DNA of 55,515 bases from Myxococcota bacterium (GTDB lineage: Bacteria > Myxococcota_A > UBA9160 > PR03). The notes under the pieces were generated by a model. That model was not told where the DNA came from, searched no databases, and was given only the letters and a program-made list of their open reading frames with translations. The stretch is taken from the NCBI GenBank assembly GCA_028284525.1, contig JANQRO010000445.1, positions 1 through 55,515 of the forward strand. The letters run 5' to 3'. The position numbers and the translations under genes are program-made. Positions 52,316 to 55,515 of the stretch are shown piece by piece (the stretch's first letter is position 1; each line of letters begins with the position of its first letter).

Positions 52316-53212
52316 GTGCCGACGATAGCGGCCCTCGCGGGCATCTCACGCGCGCCCTTTCTCGCGCTCCCGGTCGCCCTGATCGCCACCGCCACCGCCG
52401 CGGCGAGCTGTGCGGGTCCCTGGGTGCCGCTCTACGCCGGACTCGCCCTCGTCGGGCTCCTCGCGCTGCACATCGCGGTCGACGCCATCAACGAGGCCCG
52501 CGACGCCGAGACCGGCATCGACTATCAGACCCAGCGCACGCCCTTCAGCGGCGGCAGCGGCACGATTCCCGAGGGCGGCCTCAGCGTCCGCTTCGCCTAT
52601 GTCTGGGGCCTTGCCTTCGCCGCGCTCGGCGCGGGCATCGGGTTGTGGTTCCTGGTCGAGGTGGGCTCCATCATGCTGCCGATTCTCGCCCTCGGGGCGC
52701 TCTCGGTCCTCGGCTACACCCACCTGCTGCTCAAGATCGGTGTCGGCGAGATCTTCGCCGGCCTCGGGCTCGGCGCCCTCCCGGTGCTCGGCGCGGCGCT
52801 GGTCCACAGCGGGGAGGTGCCCCCGGCCGCCCTCGCCGGGGCGATCCCGGCCTTCTTCATGACCTTCAATCTGCTCCTGTTGAACGAGTTCCCCGACGTC
52901 GAGGCCGATCGCGCCGGGGGCCGACAGCACCTGGTGATTCTGTTGGGCGCCCGGGGCGCCGCTCGGGTCTTCTTTGCGGCGGGAATCGGGGTGCCGATCT
53001 CCCTGGCGGTGTCGGTCTTCCTCGGGTGGCTGCCGCCGCTGTGTCTCCTGGCGGCGCTGCCGACGCTCCTCCTCGTCCCCGCGCTGCGCTGGTCTCTCGA
53101 TCGCCCCGAGGAGCACCCGCCGATTCCCGCGATGGGGGGCAACGTGGCCTGGAACCTCTCCACCCACGCCGTCCTCGCGATCACGCTCGTGGTCTCCTGT
53201 CATTTTCTCTGA
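52316..53212 (+). CDS. UbiA-family aromatic prenyltransferase (MenA-like)
   Basis: GTG 52316 follows GGAGGA. Asp-rich motifs ..AINEARDAETGID.. and ..LLNEFPDVEADRAGGRQHL... Multiple TM segments. Confidence 0.8.
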   Translation: MPTIAALAGISRAPFLALPVALIATATAAASCAGPWVPLYAGLALVGLLALHIAVDAINEARDAETGIDYQTQRTPFSGGSGTIPEGGLSVRFAYVWGLAFAALGAGIGLWFLVEVGSIMLPILALGALSVLGYTHLLLKIGVGEIFAGLGLGALPVLGAALVHSGEVPPAALAGAIPAFFMTFNLLLLNEFPDVEADRAGGRQHLVILLGARGAARVFFAAGIGVPISLAVSVFLGWLPPLCLLAALPTLLLVPALRWSLDRPEEHPPIPAMGGNVAWNLSTHAVLAITLVVSCHFL

Positions 53213-53225
53213 GCCTCCGACGCGC

Positions 53226-53756
53226 CTGCGCAACCCGGCGACGGGCGAGTGGATCCGCGTCGTCCACTCCACGCCCGAGCTCCTGCGCTTCGAGTTCGCG
53301 CTGAACCCGCGTTCGGCGATCCCGGGGACCCACACCCATCCCGCGAGCGAGCAACGCATCGCGGTCTCGGCGGGGGCGCTCCACGTGCGGGTCGGCGGGC
53401 GTCACCGGGTGATCGGACCCGGCGAGGCGATCGCCGTCGCGCCGGGGACTCCACACTTCCAGTGGAACCCCGGCGACACGGCGGTGGAGGCGCTCGAGGA
53501 GTACCGGCCCGCGGGCCGTCTCCACGCGATGTTCGCGACCTTCTTCCGCCTCGCAGACGAGGGCCTGCTCGGACGGAGCGGCCGGGTGGTGTCGCCCCTG
53601 CTGGCCGCGGCCTTCTTCGCCGAGTTCCGGGACGAGGTGCGCGCCTCCCCGCGCGTCGCCCAGTGGGCGCTCGACCTGTTGGCGCCCCTGGCGCGTCTCG
53701 GCGGTCGCCACCACGCGGTGGGTCGGGCGTTGGCCGGCGCCGGGACCGGCCCGTGA
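53226..53756 (+). CDS. Cupin domain protein (start codon uncertain)
   Basis: ..GTHTHPASEQRIAVSAGALHVRVGG...GEAIAVAPGTPHFQWN.. is a cupin motif pair. There is no ATG/GTG/TTG in frame between the UbiA stop and the conserved region. CTG 53226 is a placeholder. Confidence 0.6.
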   Translation: MRNPATGEWIRVVHSTPELLRFEFALNPRSAIPGTHTHPASEQRIAVSAGALHVRVGGRHRVIGPGEAIAVAPGTPHFQWNPGDTAVEALEEYRPAGRLHAMFATFFRLADEGLLGRSGRVVSPLLAAAFFAEFRDEVRASPRVAQWALDLLAPLARLGGRHHAVGRALAGAGTGP

Positions 53757-54652
53757 GCGCCGCTGCGAAGCGGCCGCGCAGTCTCGCCGAGATGGGACAG
53801 GTGCTCCGGGGCCTCGTCACCCCCGAGGCCAGCGCCCACGGCCGCGCCTTCGCCCTCGAGCCGGAGGACGTCGTCATCTCGCCCTTCTCGAAGTGCGGGA
53901 CGACCTGGCTCCAACAGATCGTCCACACCCTGCGCACGCGGGGCGATATGGACTTCGACGACATCTCCCGGGTGATCCCGTGGCTCGAGGTCTCCCTGGA
54001 TCTCGGTCTCGATCTCGGCGCGCCCCAGCGCGGACGTCCGCGGGCCTTCAAGAGCCATCTCTGCTGGCACCAGGTGCCCAAAGGCGGCCGCTACATCGTT
54101 TCCTTTCGCGACCCCCGAGACGCCCTGGTCTCGGCCTTCCGCTTTCTCGAGGGTTGGTTCTTCGAGGCGGGCTCGATCGGGATCGACGAGTGGGCCGAGG
54201 CGCGCTTCCTGGCCGATCGCCGGCACGGCTACTGGCACCACCTGGCCTCGTGGTGGGAGCGGCGCGACGACCCGGAGGTCCTGCTCCTCTGCTTCGAGGA
54301 TATGAAGGCCGACCTCCCGGGAGCCATCGAGCGGATCGCACACTTCCTGGGGCTGGCCCTCGACCCGGCCCTCCGCGAGACGGCGCTCCAGCACGCGTCC
54401 TTCGCCTTCATGAAGGCGCGGGGCGACCGCTTCGACGACCGCATGCTGCGGGAGCGCAGCGAGCGGGTCTGCGGGCTCCCGCCGGGCAGCGACTCGGCCA
54501 AGGTGCGACGCGGACGGGTGGGAGAGCACCGGCACGAGCTGCGCCCCGCGCTGCTCGAGGCCCTCGAGCAGGCGTGGAACGAGGAGATCGCCGCGCCCCT
54601 CGGCCTGGGGTCCTACGAGGTGTTGCGCGCGGCGCTCGCCGAACCCCGCTAG
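53753..54652 (+). CDS. PAPS-dependent sulfotransferase-domain protein
   Basis: GTG 53753 in a GTGA overlap with the cupin stop (alternative ATG 53791). 5'-PSB loop ..SPFSKCGTTWL.. and 3'-PB motif ..FRDPRDALVS... Confidence 0.8.
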   Translation: MSAAAKRPRSLAEMGQVLRGLVTPEASAHGRAFALEPEDVVISPFSKCGTTWLQQIVHTLRTRGDMDFDDISRVIPWLEVSLDLGLDLGAPQRGRPRAFKSHLCWHQVPKGGRYIVSFRDPRDALVSAFRFLEGWFFEAGSIGIDEWAEARFLADRRHGYWHHLASWWERRDDPEVLLLCFEDMKADLPGAIERIAHFLGLALDPALRETALQHASFAFMKARGDRFDDRMLRERSERVCGLPPGSDSAKVRRGRVGEHRHELRPALLEALEQAWNEEIAAPLGLGSYEVLRAALAEPR

Positions 54653-54791
54653 CGCACCGGCCGGCGGGGTGGCGCCCGTCTCCCGCCCGGGCACGACGGT
54701 CTCTCCCCCCGGTTCCAAGCCCTCGGCCGGCGGTTCTCTCCAGGTCGTCCCTGCCGTCCACGGCGTCGACGGGTTGGGCCATACTCCCGCC

Positions 54792-55515
54792 ATGGACGAC
54801 GAGCTCCTGCGCACGAACTGCCCCCGCGACTGCTACGACGGCTGCGGCATGCTCGTCCGGCGCCGCGCCGGGCACATCGTGAACGTCCGGGGCGACCCGG
54901 ATCACCCGATCAGCCGGGGGGCCCTCTGTGCCAAGTGCTCGGTGGCCTACAACGGGGTGTGGCACGACGAGAAGGCGCGTCTGCTGCGACCCCTGCGCCG
55001 CGACGGGCCCAAGGGCAGCGGTTCGTTTCGGCCCGTCTCCTGGGAGGAGGCCCTCGGCGAAGCCGCCGAGCGGCTCGGTGCCATCGCGGACCGCCATGGC
55101 CCCGCCTCGATCGTCCACACCCACTACTCGGGCACCCTCTCGGTGCTCGCCTACCTCTTCCCGATGCGCTTCTTCCACCGGCTCGGCGCCACCGAGGTCG
55201 ACCCGGACACGATCTGCAACATGGCCGGCCACGTCGCGTGGGGTCTGCTCTACGGCACCTCGGCGGTGGGCTTCGACCCGCGCACCGCGGCCGACTCGTC
55301 GGCGCTGCTGATCTGGGGCGCCAACCCCTCCCACTCCGCACCCCACATGCACGAGCACTGGCTCGACGAGTTCCCGGGGCGCGTGGTGGTGGTCGACCCG
55401 ATCCGCACCGAGACCGCGCGCAAGGCGGATCTCCATCTGCAGCCACGGCCCGGGAGCGACGCCGCCCTCGCCTTCGCCCTGCTCCACGCCCTCGACGCGC
55501 GGGGCGCCTTCGACG
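54792..55515 (+). CDS. Molybdopterin (bis-MGD) oxidoreductase family protein, N-terminal part (runs off the window)
   Basis: ATG 54792. N-terminal Cys cluster ..CPRDCYDGCGM...CAKC.. and ..LLIWGANP... Not in the ORF track because there is no stop in the window. Confidence 0.85.
   Translation, partial: MDDELLRTNCPRDCYDGCGMLVRRRAGHIVNVRGDPDHPISRGALCAKCSVAYNGVWHDEKARLLRPLRRDGPKGSGSFRPVSWEEALGEAAERLGAIADRHGPASIVHTHYSGTLSVLAYLFPMRFFHRLGATEVDPDTICNMAGHVAWGLLYGTSAVGFDPRTAADSSALLIWGANPSHSAPHMHEHWLDEFPGRVVVVDPIRTETARKADLHLQPRPGSDAALAFALLHALDARGAFD

Noticed and set aside
54792-55515. Selenocysteine in the molybdopterin oxidoreductase, as in FdhF-type enzymes.
   Set aside because: There is no in-frame TGA in the visible 241 codons. 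The candidate Mo-ligand region reads ..DPDTICNMAGH.. with Cys, so there is no evidence for Sec in the part present in the window.
1-55515. Genomic island, mobile element, prophage or defence-system content.
   Set aside because: I recognised no integrase, transposase, recombinase, tRNA attachment site, flanking long repeats, restriction-modification, toxin-antitoxin or cas-like genes. Base composition looks uniform apart from a few short AT-rich intergenic patches.

Overview
Very GC-rich bacterial chromosomal segment (third codon positions are almost uniformly G/C), densely packed with about 55 protein-coding genes on both strands. I recognised no rRNA, tRNA, CRISPR array, transposase, integrase or phage genes. 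All product calls come from motif and family recognition by eye; no database search was run. Start codons are chosen by Shine-Dalgarno (SD) proximity and are less certain than stops.

Gene content is mostly accessory redox and hydrolytic metabolism:
- four luciferase-like (LLM) oxidoreductases
- two amidohydrolase-2 enzymes
- a Rieske dioxygenase alpha/beta pair
- several flavin monooxygenases
- a thiolase/DUF35 pair
- an amidase
- a glutamine-synthetase-like ligase with a class-I amidotransferase
- a beta-keto acid cleavage enzyme (BKACE)
- envelope genes

Most notable observations:
1. An alkylmercury-lyase (MerB)-like gene at 28859-29587 is interrupted by exactly two in-frame TGA codons. Both fall at the positions of the two catalytic cysteines of MerB, and each is followed by a 7-bp hairpin. 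It is a candidate double-selenocysteine enzyme.
2. A second TGA-recoded candidate, a UGSC-type (seleno)protein at 37005-37544, is translationally coupled to a 351-aa protein of unknown function.
3. A TetR-led, overlap-coupled operon (5126-12410) has two tandem MMPL/HAE3-type RND permease paralogs. The second runs in frame, without a stop, into a LolA-like lipoprotein-sorting domain that keeps its own SD, ATG and signal peptide. A beta-barrel outer-membrane protein follows.
4. Two PEP-CTERM sorting-signal proteins are present, one with acidic tandem coding repeats.
5. A coupled UbiA-prenyltransferase / cupin / PAPS-type sulfotransferase trio lies at 52316-54652.

Many very long ORFs in the supplied track are antisense or off-frame artefacts of the GC bias and are rejected.
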